A stretch of 64,000 nucleotides of DNA from Candidatus Cloacimonadales bacterium (GCA_963665815.1 OY762463.1:1248001-1312000); one strand, 5' to 3'. Positions 30,141-40,751 are shown, counted from the stretch's first letter. Program-made: numbers and translations. Notes: a model not told the origin generated them from the sequence alone.

Positions 30141-30181
30141 GTTTTAGGGGAATTGAGTTATTGGGGAAAATCGTAGAAACG

Positions 30182-30671
30182 GGTACCGTCCCCTTTAATT
30201 TGTCTGATTTGACAAGAAATAGAAAAGAACCTCCAATAGTAAAAAAAGATCCAAAAGGAGGTTCTTATGAAATTGACAACAAGTCAATTGAGTCTTGTGT
30301 TAGACACTGCAATTGTCGAACACGGGCTAAACATGTATTGGAAACAATACTAAACTGTCTGATGAAATTAGAACGGACAGAATTTTTCCGGCAAACAAAA
30401 TTTACATATCTGAATTATGATTACAGAATAAGAAGTATGATATACAACCAGTTGGATAGAAAACATGGATAAACAGTTCAGAAGAGTGCTGAAAATAAGA
30501 AACTCAATGCCTTCTGATGAATCTGCCTTGCTTCTCATTAGTAAAATAGCACTGGATAAGGTAGAAAAATATTTACAATATCCATTGCATACCTATAAAT
30601 TTGACGATAATATTATGAAATATTTTATATACTATTGATGAGGTTCTAGACAAACTTAGTTGGACCGTCCC
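30182..30671 (+). mobile_element. Internally deleted IS256-family element (non-autonomous remnant)
   Basis: RBS+ATG at 30267; frameshifted fragments LETILNCLMKLERTEF and YLNYDYRIRSMI / TTSWIENMDKQFRRVLKIRNSMPSDESALLL (IS256 transposase N- and C-terminal motifs); imperfect terminal IRs GGTACCGTCCCCTTTAATTTGTCT vs GGGACGGTCCAACTAAGTTTGTCT (reverse complement). Confidence 0.78.
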
Positions 30672-30807
30672 ACTTCTCTACATAGAAGAAGTACTTCTTT
30701 AGCTACACAATCTGTGATGTTTAAACATCACTTCAAAAATATTATTGCATTATGGTCAAAGAGACTAAAGAATTTCTTGATTTCATTGAAGTATACATGA
30801 TTTAGAC

Positions 30808-30841
30808 AAAAAAAAGGCTGATGCGTTAACATCAGCCTTTT
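30808..30841 (-). terminator. Rho-independent terminator (possibly bidirectional)
   Basis: A run + AAAAGGCTGATG-CGTTAA-CATCAGCCTTTT just past the stop at 30863. Confidence 0.85.
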
Positions 30842-30862
30842 ATAATATATTATGTGTTATTT

Positions 30863-32650
30863 TTATTCATCGTAGTCATTTACATGATAAAGCATAATTG
30901 AGTTAAAATCATCGAATGATCTGTTATAGATTTTAATCTCAGAAAGTGTTCCATGGAAATTACTGTAATTGTAACTACCAAATGCAAGAGGGCTGGCAAA
31001 TGGCTGTCCCATACCGATTGAAACATGATTTACAATATCCCATTGCATTTCATCCGAAACGAGGTAATAGTAATCAAATCCATCATATGTCGCACCATTA
31101 TTAGAAATCCATACTTTACGTGCACCACCAGCTTCAATACTTACAACAACAAGGTGCCACTCATTATCATTATATCCTGTTCCCCATTTACCGGTAATCA
31201 TTTCATTTCTATATCGAGGTATACTGTCTTGTTCACTAATAGTAATGTTATATAAGTTATCTGCATAAATTAAAGCACCTTCTTCGTTGATACCCAGCAT
31301 GTGATGGAAAACATCATGCCCTAAATTAGTATCAACTGTAGAATCAGAGCAAACTGAATAAATCACGGTAACTTCGTCTTCACCTTCAGGCCTCCAGTCA
31401 GTTTTAAACCATACTGCAAAGGTTACATCATCTTGTCCAACTGTTAAGGAACTTAAATGAGACTGAGCACCAGCCATCACAGCATAAGATGCATTATGTT
31501 CATCAGTCATAATATCATTTGAAAGTGCAGCACCTGGTGTTCCAAATCTATCTTCTTTGTCAGTTTCAATATCATTTGACATGAACCCGAGAGAATCACT
31601 TAAGATATCTTCAAGCTGATTATTCTGTACAACATAATCTGCCATTAAACCTTCTACAGGAGTATTTCCTATCGGGAAGTAACTACTCCAGCCAAACTCC
31701 CCATTATCATCTTCAATTTTAATAAGATAGTAAAGGCTGTTATGCCAATCATCATCAAACACAATATTCATTGATCCGTCAGGAACGTCACCACTTCTGC
31801 CAAGAACTACAGGTTCAGCATACAGACCTTCATACAAATAAATTGTAATACTGTCTGAAGCGTTTTCCCATCTTACTTCTGCTGGTTCTTCACGAAGAAA
31901 TACTGATGAACCGGTAGGCATTGTTATAAATATTTCAGGTTGTTTATCCTGAACCATAACGTATTCGGAGTATCCATAGTCCTGTGTACCATTTGTTGAT
32001 GTAATTTTTACTCTTAGAGAATACTGCTCGCCTGTTTTCCAAGCTGATGGAACAGGATTAGTTCTTGTGTATGAACCTGTATTAGGAACAAAAAGTAATT
32101 CATCAGAGAACACATCTTTGTAACTTTCACCATGATAAACATGCAGAGATACTGAATCGCCCTGTGCAGCAGTATCAACTGTCCAGGTAACTCCAACATT
32201 TTCCTGACCAGGTGTCCAATTTAATGTAGAAGCTGCATTTATTTCAATATCAATATTGTCATGTCTGTCAGTAATTGTGAAATATGAACTCCAACCATAG
32301 TTTCCTTCATTATCTTTGATTTTTATTCTATAATCAGAACCTGTATCATAATCAGCAAGAGGTGTCTGATTCCTGTATTCATATACTCCGTCATTATCAT
32401 TATCTGCATTATTGACACCGGTTACATAAGAACCAAGATATGTATCACCTTTGAAGATGTCACAGTCAATAGATGTTCCGGTTGCACCAGTCCACTCAAT
32501 ATGAGTTCCTGGTTCACCTGAATGCCAGTTCGACGTAGATGTCGGGTAGTGTACTTTAATTATGTTTGCATTCTCGCCATCCTCATTTTTACATCCGGCA
32601 AAGAAAAGCAGTGTTAAAAGAAGAATTAGAGTTAAAGTTAATTTCTTCAT
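30863..32650 (-). CDS. Lipoprotein with three Ig-like repeats and a C-terminal LamG/concanavalin-like domain
   Basis: Lipobox FFAG-C; three repeats P-T...W-x-G...W...Y-x-IKI-D...GWSSYF-I; EDRFG-x-AL, TFAVWFK, DNEWHLVVV, F-G-LSEIKIYNR. Confidence 0.78.
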   Translation of the reverse strand: MKKLTLTLILLLTLLFFAGCKNEDGENANIIKVHYPTSTSNWHSGEPGTHIEWTGATGTSIDCDIFKGDTYLGSYVTGVNNADNDNDGVYEYRNQTPLADYDTGSDYRIKIKDNEGNYGWSSYFTITDRHDNIDIEINAASTLNWTPGQENVGVTWTVDTAAQGDSVSLHVYHGESYKDVFSDELLFVPNTGSYTRTNPVPSAWKTGEQYSLRVKITSTNGTQDYGYSEYVMVQDKQPEIFITMPTGSSVFLREEPAEVRWENASDSITIYLYEGLYAEPVVLGRSGDVPDGSMNIVFDDDWHNSLYYLIKIEDDNGEFGWSSYFPIGNTPVEGLMADYVVQNNQLEDILSDSLGFMSNDIETDKEDRFGTPGAALSNDIMTDEHNASYAVMAGAQSHLSSLTVGQDDVTFAVWFKTDWRPEGEDEVTVIYSVCSDSTVDTNLGHDVFHHMLGINEEGALIYADNLYNITISEQDSIPRYRNEMITGKWGTGYNDNEWHLVVVSIEAGGARKVWISNNGATYDGFDYYYLVSDEMQWDIVNHVSIGMGQPFASPLAFGSYNYSNFHGTLSEIKIYNRSFDDFNSIMLYHVNDYDE

Positions 32651-32762
32651 TATTTTGACTCCTGTAAATGTAGATATTTTTATTTCATCAAAAAAAATAC
32701 TAAACCGTTATTAGGGCAAGTTTTTTTTCAAACTAATACTAACCGCAGTCAATATCATTGTC

Positions 32763-35318
32763 CTATTTTAATAAAAGCATTTTTCTGTCCAATTTTCTGT
32801 CTGGTGTATTTATTCTATAAAAATACACTCCTGAGCCTACTGAAATCCCATTTTCATCCAATCCTTTCCAATGTAACTTGTTCACTCCTTCCTCCATAAC
32901 ATCGTCAAACAATTGTACTACTTTCTGACCTTTCATATTATAAATGCTTACATTGACAGATTGCTTCCTTACATTATTGAACTCTATGGTTGTCTCCGGA
33001 TTAAAAGGATTTGGATAGTTAACAGCGCTATAATAATTAACAGGATTAACATCACTGTCAGAATCTGTTAACCGTATGCTTTTTATATTTGTTCTATCTG
33101 ACTCAGTCTGAGAATTATATGCTACAATATATAAATCAACATTTGTATTTATAACAAGCTCGTAAGTAAGAGTATTAATTGGTAATGTTGTAACTAAAGT
33201 TCCATCATCGTAAACTCTGTAGCCATCCCAACTGATTGAATCGGAATAAGCCGGAGGTGACCATGTCAGTTTTGTGTTATTCCCTGTGCCGGGAGATACA
33301 ATTAGATCGGTAGGATGATCCGGTTCAAGTTGTGAAAAGATCCACACATTATCCTGTTGAATAAAATCATTTCCCGACAATGTAACATTCAAGTCCTTAA
33401 GCTTGAAATATTCAGCTGTAAATGGGACTCCATTTATGTACTCGTAAATCTTCATTCTATAATATCCATAATTATCAGAATACCATATCTGCTGAACTAC
33501 TGTCCCGTTATCTACTATTTCCACTATATCAGCCATATCTTGTTGTCCATCTACGGTAACACTCTCGGAAACAACATATTCTGCTTCAATCAATCGGGCA
33601 AAGTCTCCCTCAACGGCACTATAATTCCATATATCACCGCTAACAGGATTAAATCTGCATTCTGTAACAATCATATCAATTATTGTATAATCAAATATCC
33701 GCGTCGAATCTCTCTCTACAACAACTCCATTGACCGTAATCTCAGCATTATTACTTTCCATATATTTAGTAAATCCGGTATAAACTCCGGACCTGAAGTG
33801 TACAGGATATGACATTATTCCCTGAAAATCCTCTGCTGCGTCAACAACAACACTTACTACCGGATTATCATCAAAAATTGTGAAATCATTATTATCATTT
33901 GCAAAGCTGTGAACTGTTATAATCTGAGGATCCAGAAGACCTCCGTAAATACCATAGCCCTGTGGAACATCTTCAGCAAATATAGCTTCAGCGGTAACAT
34001 AATAATCTCCTGAGTCCGGAACATTAACGTAGTAAAAACCAGTTGTAGACTGTGTATATACTAATGGGGTATCTAAAGAATCAACTTTGTAAACTTTTAT
34101 CAGAATAGAATCCACTGTATTGGTTCCATAATAGTACATATTACCTGTAATTGATGGACGTGCTCCAGATGAAATTGGTGTAAAAATAACCTGTCCTGAT
34201 CCAAGTTCGTGAATGCTCTGTGCGATCAAGTTAATATCAAACTCTCCCCATGAGTTATTTTGAGCAAAAATATCAAGGCTTGAACCTGATACAACAGAAT
34301 TGGCAGTTCCATTCATTTCATTATCATGAATAGAATTAGATCCATCATCATTAGTCTCAAAATTCGTAACGTTGCCCAGATTTGGCTGAGCATTATTATT
34401 AATATAGAATCCAGCGTAATTATGGGATATTGTGTTTCCCGAAAATACAGCATTACTTCTCGGCCCAAAACACATTATTCCTGCTCCTGAATCAGCATTT
34501 CCGGTTTCGTAATTGTAAGAAACAATATTGTTCTGATAAAAACCGGACGTATTAGCTGAGTAGATACCTGTATAATTGAACTGAACAAGATTATTATATA
34601 CTTGAGGATTAACATTACCAACACCCATTAAATCTGAAATTATCATTCCCTGTCTATTGTTATGATGTATAGTATTTCTTCTTATTACTGGAGATACTTC
34701 TGCTCCTTGAGTCTGAACTGTAAGATGAATTCCCCCATACCATGAACCGGATAAGGCACATTGCGTTATTTCGCAATCTTCAATGACTACATTTCCATTT
34801 TCGGCAATTGTAATACCGGCATCACCTATATGACTTACAAACGTATTCCTGACTATCATTTCAGGAGGATTGCTCTCTCCTGCTGCGAAAAGATCTATTC
34901 CTTTTTCGTGATTATTTATTAAACAGTGATCAATAATTACTGGACTGGTTACAACCTTTATCCCGCAGCTATTTTGACCACCAGTACCACTGACCCTGCA
35001 ATAACTGAATGTGCTTTCTTCATCTCCTTCCAGCCTTATTCCTTTCCACTCAGTAGCTATATCGGACAGAACAAACATTATGGAGTCTATCTCAGTTCCA
35101 TCTGCAATAATCCAACCTGATACGTTAATTTGATAAAAACCATTTACAATGACTGTCACTCCCGGGTTTATTATAAGACTATCAGTAATATTAATATCTC
35201 CAATCACATTATAGGGTGATTGATTTGCATCCCATACACCATTAATGTTTCCGGAAACATCCGTTGAAAACAGACTTAAAGAAAAAAACAGAATCATTAA
35301 AATGCAAAACTCTTTCAT
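32763..35318 (-). CDS. Secreted right-handed beta-helix repeat protein with FN3-like domain and T9SS type A-like/FlgD-Ig CTD
   Basis: Start MKEFCIL after GGAG; W-x-SPYNVIGDI...IINPGVTV, many N-x-I-x-N-x-GI repeats; tail NYPNPFNPETTI...GVYFYRI...RKMLLLK. Confidence 0.85.
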   Translation of the reverse strand: MKEFCILMILFFSLSLFSTDVSGNINGVWDANQSPYNVIGDINITDSLIINPGVTVIVNGFYQINVSGWIIADGTEIDSIMFVLSDIATEWKGIRLEGDEESTFSYCRVSGTGGQNSCGIKVVTSPVIIDHCLINNHEKGIDLFAAGESNPPEMIVRNTFVSHIGDAGITIAENGNVVIEDCEITQCALSGSWYGGIHLTVQTQGAEVSPVIRRNTIHHNNRQGMIISDLMGVGNVNPQVYNNLVQFNYTGIYSANTSGFYQNNIVSYNYETGNADSGAGIMCFGPRSNAVFSGNTISHNYAGFYINNNAQPNLGNVTNFETNDDGSNSIHDNEMNGTANSVVSGSSLDIFAQNNSWGEFDINLIAQSIHELGSGQVIFTPISSGARPSITGNMYYYGTNTVDSILIKVYKVDSLDTPLVYTQSTTGFYYVNVPDSGDYYVTAEAIFAEDVPQGYGIYGGLLDPQIITVHSFANDNNDFTIFDDNPVVSVVVDAAEDFQGIMSYPVHFRSGVYTGFTKYMESNNAEITVNGVVVERDSTRIFDYTIIDMIVTECRFNPVSGDIWNYSAVEGDFARLIEAEYVVSESVTVDGQQDMADIVEIVDNGTVVQQIWYSDNYGYYRMKIYEYINGVPFTAEYFKLKDLNVTLSGNDFIQQDNVWIFSQLEPDHPTDLIVSPGTGNNTKLTWSPPAYSDSISWDGYRVYDDGTLVTTLPINTLTYELVINTNVDLYIVAYNSQTESDRTNIKSIRLTDSDSDVNPVNYYSAVNYPNPFNPETTIEFNNVRKQSVNVSIYNMKGQKVVQLFDDVMEEGVNKLHWKGLDENGISVGSGVYFYRINTPDRKLDRKMLLLK

Positions 35319-35512
35319 TTTATTATCTCCTTGTAAATAACCAAACATGTAAAAATATGTACTTACTACGTTTATATTTTATGTAATTATCTAAGCAATT
35401 CGCATGTTTAAAATATTAAACAATTTAGTTAATCCAAAAGTCAAGTAATATTTCAATGTAAACGGTAAATATTAGCAGGATTGTACACTTAGCAACAAAC
35501 CTGTTTTTTTGC

Positions 35513-35541
35513 TTGCAATAAAAAGAAGATCCATTTATAAT
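35513..35541 (+). promoter_or_regulatory. sigma70-type promoter
   Basis: TTGCAA-17 nt-TATAAT about 30 nt upstream of the ORF at 35570. Confidence 0.7.
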
Positions 35542-35569
35542 GCATCAAAATCATTAAAATGGAGTAATC

Positions 35570-35947
35570 ATGGTTTCTAAAATTTTCAGTACAGACAGTA
35601 AATCAGGTGAAGCAATTGCATGCGTTGACGGACAAAAAGTATATAAAGGCCCAAATAAAACAGGACTGGCAATCTTATATTTTGAAGGGACTAAGATGTA
35701 CCTTGGAAATAACAAAGCCGGTAAAGCAATCGCATTTGTAGACGGACAGAAAATATATGAAGGTGGTTTCAAGCAGGGAACTCCGGTTGCATACTTTGAG
35801 GATGGTAAAGTATATAAAGGTTTAGGAAAAATCGGGAGCCCGATCGCCAAATATACAGATGACAATGTAATTGGTGCTGTAGCTGCAGCTTGTTTGCTTG
35901 TTCTCAAAGCTGTTAAAAGCGCCAGATCATTTTACATGGGAATGTAG
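35570..35947 (+). CDS. Small hypothetical protein with four ~19-aa beta repeats
   Basis: RBS GGAG; repeats AIACVDGQKVYKG / AILYFEGTKMYLG / AIAFVDGQKIYEG / PVAYFEDGKVYKG. Confidence 0.75.
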   Translation: MVSKIFSTDSKSGEAIACVDGQKVYKGPNKTGLAILYFEGTKMYLGNNKAGKAIAFVDGQKIYEGGFKQGTPVAYFEDGKVYKGLGKIGSPIAKYTDDNVIGAVAAACLLVLKAVKSARSFYMGM

Positions 35948-35948
35948 A

Positions 35949-36929
35949 TTGAAAGAAGCATTATTTTATGAAAAACTTGAAAGGGCAAAGGTACAATGTT
36001 TTCTTTGCCCTCATTCTTGCATAATTCATGACAGTGAAGAAGGAATCTGCAGAGCCCGAATAAACATAAAAGGTACTTTGTATGCCTCCAGTTATGGAAA
36101 AACCGTGACTGTGCACAAAGATCCTGTTGAAAAGAAACCTTTGTATCATTTTTTACCTCAGACTCAGACTCTATCCATTGGGCATAACTCTTGTAACCTG
36201 AAATGCAGATTTTGTCAGAATTACCACATTAGTCAAATGCAGTCCAGAACATTTGATATTTCTGTGGATCAGTTAGTTAAGCATTGTCTCGACAATCAAA
36301 TTCCTTCAGTTTCCTTTACATACACTGAACCTGTTACATGGTTTGAGTTTGTCCTTGATGCATCAAGAGAATTGAAAAAACATAACATCAAATCAATAAT
36401 GGTCTCAAACGGATACATTAATCCCGAACCTCTTAAAATGCTTTTAGAATATGTTGATGCATTTAATATAGATTTAAAAGCTTTTACTGATCACTTTTAC
36501 CAATCACTCTGCTCAGCATCATTGAAACCTGTCCTGAAAGCAATTGAGTTAATCTCCGAAAGTTCTCACCTTGAAGTAACCAATCTCGTTATACCTGAAG
36601 AAAACGATGAAGATTATACAGATATTGTCGATTTTATCAGTAAACTGAACCCGAATATTCCCCTTCATTTTTCCAAGTACTATCCACAGTACGAAATGAT
36701 GAATCCACCAACACCTGACACTATCTTGAAAGAAATTTATGAATATGCAAAATCCAGACTTAATAACGTTTATCTTGGCAATATAATAACTTCAGGTGAA
36801 AATAATACGGTTTGCCCTGAGTGTGGTGAGTTAATTGTTGAGCGACGCAATTTCAAAGCAATCATTAATAAAGACTTTGCAGGTCATTGCACTGACTGCA
36901 ACACAAGAATTTATGGGATATGGAGATAA
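35949..36929 (+). CDS. amrS: AmmeMemoRadiSam system radical SAM enzyme
   Basis: KEALFYE...C-LCPH-C...GICRAR, DPVEKKPLYHF, CNLKCRFCQNYHIS, FTYTEP, NIDLKAF, VYLGNI, CPECG; likely TTG start at 35949. Confidence 0.9.
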   Translation: MKEALFYEKLERAKVQCFLCPHSCIIHDSEEGICRARINIKGTLYASSYGKTVTVHKDPVEKKPLYHFLPQTQTLSIGHNSCNLKCRFCQNYHISQMQSRTFDISVDQLVKHCLDNQIPSVSFTYTEPVTWFEFVLDASRELKKHNIKSIMVSNGYINPEPLKMLLEYVDAFNIDLKAFTDHFYQSLCSASLKPVLKAIELISESSHLEVTNLVIPEENDEDYTDIVDFISKLNPNIPLHFSKYYPQYEMMNPPTPDTILKEIYEYAKSRLNNVYLGNIITSGENNTVCPECGELIVERRNFKAIINKDFAGHCTDCNTRIYGIWR

Positions 36930-37292
36930 TTGAACTTTTTAAGAATCCTGAAACCACTCGATATAGTAATCGTTGTTCTTCTGCTCTCCATGGCGGGATT
37001 ACTTACGTTAAACGGAATCAAATCACGTTCAGAAAAATACGTAGTCATTACAAAAGATAGTATCAACAAAGGTGAGTTTCCACTTAACAAGGATAGATTA
37101 ATTGAACTTGAAAACAATATTGTTGTTGAGATTAAGGACTCTAAAGTCCGTGTAAAAACGTCTCCATGCAGAAATCAAATTTGTGTAAAGCAAGGCTGGT
37201 CTGATTCTCAACCGATTATATGTGCTCCTCAGAAACTATCCGTTACAATTAAGTCTGCCGATTCAGAAAAAGAAATGCTGATCAGTCGGTAA
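36930..37292 (+). CDS. NusG domain II-containing membrane protein
   Basis: N-terminal TM; VRV-x-SPCRNQICVKQGW...IICAPQK motif. Confidence 0.85.
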   Translation: MNFLRILKPLDIVIVVLLLSMAGLLTLNGIKSRSEKYVVITKDSINKGEFPLNKDRLIELENNIVVEIKDSKVRVKTSPCRNQICVKQGWSDSQPIICAPQKLSVTIKSADSEKEMLISR

Positions 37293-38555
37293 TCATTCCT
37301 CTTTCTGCCAGTTTAAAGCATCCTGCTTACCTTTTTCTGTTTTCACAGTCTGAAGCACTACTCCACCGGTAACAAGGAACAATAAAATTGATAAAATTGC
37401 CCACCGTTGAGAACCTGTTATTCTATGAACTTCTCCATACATCAAGGGTCCAATTATAGCTGCAATTTTCCCGGAAAAAGCATAGAATCCAAAGAATTCA
37501 GCAGATTTATCATCCGGTGTAAGATGAGCAAGCATAGAGCGGCTGCATGACTGACTTGAACCCATTGCAAAACCTGCTAACAGACCTACAAAATAGAATT
37601 CCATTTCAGAACGACAGAAGAAAGCCCAGACAACAGCACCAATCCACAATATCAGAGAAATGGAAATTGTCTTTTTAGCACCAATTTTATCAAGAATATA
37701 TCCAAAACCAAATGCACCAGCCATAGAACTGAACTGCATTATAATGAAATATACCAACAGGTCTTTGGTTTTCATGGAAAACTCTTCTCTTCCGTAAACA
37801 GCCCCAAAAGTTATAACTGTAATTATTGCATCATTATACAGAAAATAGCTGAATATGAATTTTTTAAGTTCTTTGAGTTTCGAAATATTTATCATGGAAA
37901 ACTTAATTCTATTATAAGCAATTCTGAAATAATTTGTTCTTTTGGATGGTAGCGAAAATTCACTTAGCCAGAAGAAAGTAAAAACTGAAAATATTGCAAA
38001 AAAGATTGCCACACTGGGGAAAATCCACCGCACTGCATTGTGCACAAGAGGTAGAGCTATAAGCAGCGATGTTAATCCTCCGGCGTACCCAATTGCCCAG
38101 CCCCAACCGGAAACCTTTCCGATATGTTTCTTTGAAACAAGCTCTGGCAGAAATGCATTATAAAAGACATTAGCACTGTTGAATCCAAAGTTAGCTATTA
38201 TAAAAAATATCAAACCTTTTTTTATGTCTCCCGGTCCAACAAAATACAGCAATGCTGTAAAAATAATTGTCAGGTATGTGTTATAGAACAGAAACTTCTT
38301 TTTTGCCCTTGAAAAATCTGCGACTGCTCCGAATATTGGTGCTGAGATAGCCACCAGAATCATGGATATTGCCATTCCTCTACCCCATAGCGCAGTACCA
38401 TCTCCGGATTCTCCCACAACAGTATTCACAAAATATACACTGTATACAACACTTACAATAATCGTAGTGAATGATGAATTCGCAAAGTCATACATCATCC
38501 AACCGAATATATTTCTATTCATTTTCAGCTTATTTGAATTTTTATCAGTCATCAT
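37293..38555 (-). CDS. MFS transporter, UMF1/ATG22-like family
   Basis: GWMMYDFANSSF, FYNAFLPEL, VSGWGWAIGYAGG, SQSCSRSM, EFFGFYA, IIGP; about 12 TM. Confidence 0.9.
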   Translation of the reverse strand: MMTDKNSNKLKMNRNIFGWMMYDFANSSFTTIIVSVVYSVYFVNTVVGESGDGTALWGRGMAISMILVAISAPIFGAVADFSRAKKKFLFYNTYLTIIFTALLYFVGPGDIKKGLIFFIIANFGFNSANVFYNAFLPELVSKKHIGKVSGWGWAIGYAGGLTSLLIALPLVHNAVRWIFPSVAIFFAIFSVFTFFWLSEFSLPSKRTNYFRIAYNRIKFSMINISKLKELKKFIFSYFLYNDAIITVITFGAVYGREEFSMKTKDLLVYFIIMQFSSMAGAFGFGYILDKIGAKKTISISLILWIGAVVWAFFCRSEMEFYFVGLLAGFAMGSSQSCSRSMLAHLTPDDKSAEFFGFYAFSGKIAAIIGPLMYGEVHRITGSQRWAILSILLFLVTGGVVLQTVKTEKGKQDALNWQKEE

Positions 38556-38556
38556 A

Positions 38557-39633
38557 TCAGTCCTGCAGTACAGAGTTCAAATCAATAACATCCAGGTCGA
38601 AATATTTTTCTCCAAATTCACGGGGAGACGCAATAAAAACCTGATGTTCCGGATTAAGAAATTCTCGGAATTTTTCGATTCTTTTTTTATCAAGTTCTGC
38701 CAGTACATCGTCAAAAATAAGGACAGGATACTCGTTATTTTTTTCTGCGAGTACTTTTGCATGAATCATCTTTAAAATCAATGCAAACACTCTTTTCTGC
38801 CCCTGTGAGGCAAAAAACTTAGCAGGCAGCTCGTTTAATTTGATAATATAGTCATCCAGATGAATTCCAAACAATGTTCGGCCTGTCTCAATTTCTTTTC
38901 TGGAATGTCTTTTACATATATCATTGTAATAATCTTTTGTAGTCATACCCTCTCTTCTGCTGACAGAAAAAGAATATTCAATATCAGCAGAATCAATCTC
39001 TGGGAAGAAATGCCTGAAGAATTCAAGAAGATATGTCTTAAAATCTTCGAGATATCCTGAACGTTCTTCAAATATCTCGCAGCATGCCTGAATGTAAGCA
39101 TCATCCCACACTTTCTTTTCTTCCGGCGTATACTCCATCTTAAGCAGAGCATTCCTTTGTTTCAAAGTCTTATGGAAGCTGCTTAAAGCATGCAGATATT
39201 TGAAAGAATACTGAGACACAGCAAGATCGAAAAATTTTCTTCTGATTGAGGGTGAACCGTTAATAATATTTATATCATCAGGCTCAAAGCTGATTACTTT
39301 GAAACACTGATACAGTGAGCTGATTTTTCTGACAGGTTCTCCATCGATTTTAATGATTTTGTTTTTGTTATCAAATCCTGCAGCAAGATTAATATCAACA
39401 GATCTGATATGCATATCAGCCTGAATTCTGAAATAGTCTTCTCCAAAATTGATAAGATCAGCGTCATTTCTTGCTTTAAAAGACTTCCCAAAAGCAAAAT
39501 ATGCAATAGCTTCCAGTAAATTGGTTTTACCTGAACCGTTATTACCGGTAACTATTGCACCTTTATCATTAAAAGCGTGTGAAAACTTCTTATAATTCCT
39601 GAAGTTATTCAGCTGAATATTTCTTATTCTCAC
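38557..39633 (-). CDS. recF: DNA replication/repair protein RecF
   Basis: NFRNY, GNNGSGKTNLLEAI, GSPSIRRKFFD, QRNALL, ASQGQKR, LIFDDVLAELD. Confidence 0.95.
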   Translation of the reverse strand: MRIRNIQLNNFRNYKKFSHAFNDKGAIVTGNNGSGKTNLLEAIAYFAFGKSFKARNDADLINFGEDYFRIQADMHIRSVDINLAAGFDNKNKIIKIDGEPVRKISSLYQCFKVISFEPDDINIINGSPSIRRKFFDLAVSQYSFKYLHALSSFHKTLKQRNALLKMEYTPEEKKVWDDAYIQACCEIFEERSGYLEDFKTYLLEFFRHFFPEIDSADIEYSFSVSRREGMTTKDYYNDICKRHSRKEIETGRTLFGIHLDDYIIKLNELPAKFFASQGQKRVFALILKMIHAKVLAEKNNEYPVLIFDDVLAELDKKRIEKFREFLNPEHQVFIASPREFGEKYFDLDVIDLNSVLQD

Positions 39634-40751
39634 TATCCTATTCTTAATGGCATCAACAGGAATCTGGCATCATAGACAGCTTCCAGATCCACATTATAGA
39701 GAAGAATCGGGCTTTGAGAGTTCCCGAACGTGAGCATAGCTTTATCAGTTTCTATAACACCCAGAATTTCATTCAGGAATCTATAATTGAAAGCAATCTT
39801 TAAATCTTTACCTTTGTAATCAAACGAAGTAATCTTCTCTACAGCTTCACCTTTTTCACGGTTAGTGGATTTGATGGTAAAATCAGTTTCTGAGATTTCA
39901 AACTTGATTCTATGATTATCTTCAGAAGAAAGAAGTGATGCTCTTCTGACAGCCTGTTTAAGAATATCCTTGGATATTGTTAATGTATTAGAGTTATCTT
40001 TAGGCATTGCCACGGTGTAATCCGGGAATTTGCCTTCGAGAACATGAGAGAATATTGTATAGTTTCCATAATGGAACATAACTCTGTTTTCATCAATCAG
40101 GACAGAAATTTTATCGTTTTCTTCATTAATTACTTTTTTAATGAAAAGCAAACCTTTGGTAGGAACAATCTTCTCAACTTCATTTTCGATTTCATTTGGC
40201 TGCATCACTTTGAATTCAGCAATTTTTTTTCCGTCTGTTGAAACCATTAATTGATGATCAAAAGCTATTTTCCAGAAAATACCTGTAAATACCGGTCTAT
40301 TTGTTTCTGATGAAACAGCAAAATGCGTATTTTCAATCATCTTTGAGAATATCGCTGCATCAACTTCACGGGCATTACTCATATCTACATGAGGTATTAA
40401 AGGAAATTGCTCATGCTCAGCACAAACAAGATCAAAGTTTGCATTATCACATTTTATGTGCAGTTTATCTTCTTTCTTTTCGAAATAAATCATTGCATCA
40501 GGTAGAGAGTTAACAATATCTGTAACATCTCTTGCAGAAACAGCAGCTTTACCGCTTTCTGCAACATGAAGCTCAAACTCAACCACTACTGTAATTTCCA
40601 GGTCAGTCGCTGTAATCCTGATTTCATTTCGTTCTTCAAAAGTTTCAATAAGATAGTTTGTCAGAATTGGCATAGTATTTTTTGAAGGAACAATATTGCT
40701 CAAAGATGCCAGATTCCTGATTAGATCTTTCTTTTCAATTGAAAACTTCAT
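39633..40751 (-). CDS. dnaN: DNA polymerase III beta sliding clamp
   Basis: PILTN, ATDLEI, TDGKK, GKFPDY, IAFNYRFL, LLMPLR. Confidence 0.96.
   Translation of the reverse strand: MKFSIEKKDLIRNLASLSNIVPSKNTMPILTNYLIETFEERNEIRITATDLEITVVVEFELHVAESGKAAVSARDVTDIVNSLPDAMIYFEKKEDKLHIKCDNANFDLVCAEHEQFPLIPHVDMSNAREVDAAIFSKMIENTHFAVSSETNRPVFTGIFWKIAFDHQLMVSTDGKKIAEFKVMQPNEIENEVEKIVPTKGLLFIKKVINEENDKISVLIDENRVMFHYGNYTIFSHVLEGKFPDYTVAMPKDNSNTLTISKDILKQAVRRASLLSSEDNHRIKFEISETDFTIKSTNREKGEAVEKITSFDYKGKDLKIAFNYRFLNEILGVIETDKAMLTFGNSQSPILLYNVDLEAVYDARFLLMPLRIG

Noticed and set aside
30161-30472. 103-aa ORF as a genuine gene
   Set aside because: It is a chance read-through across the IS end and frameshifted transposase fragments
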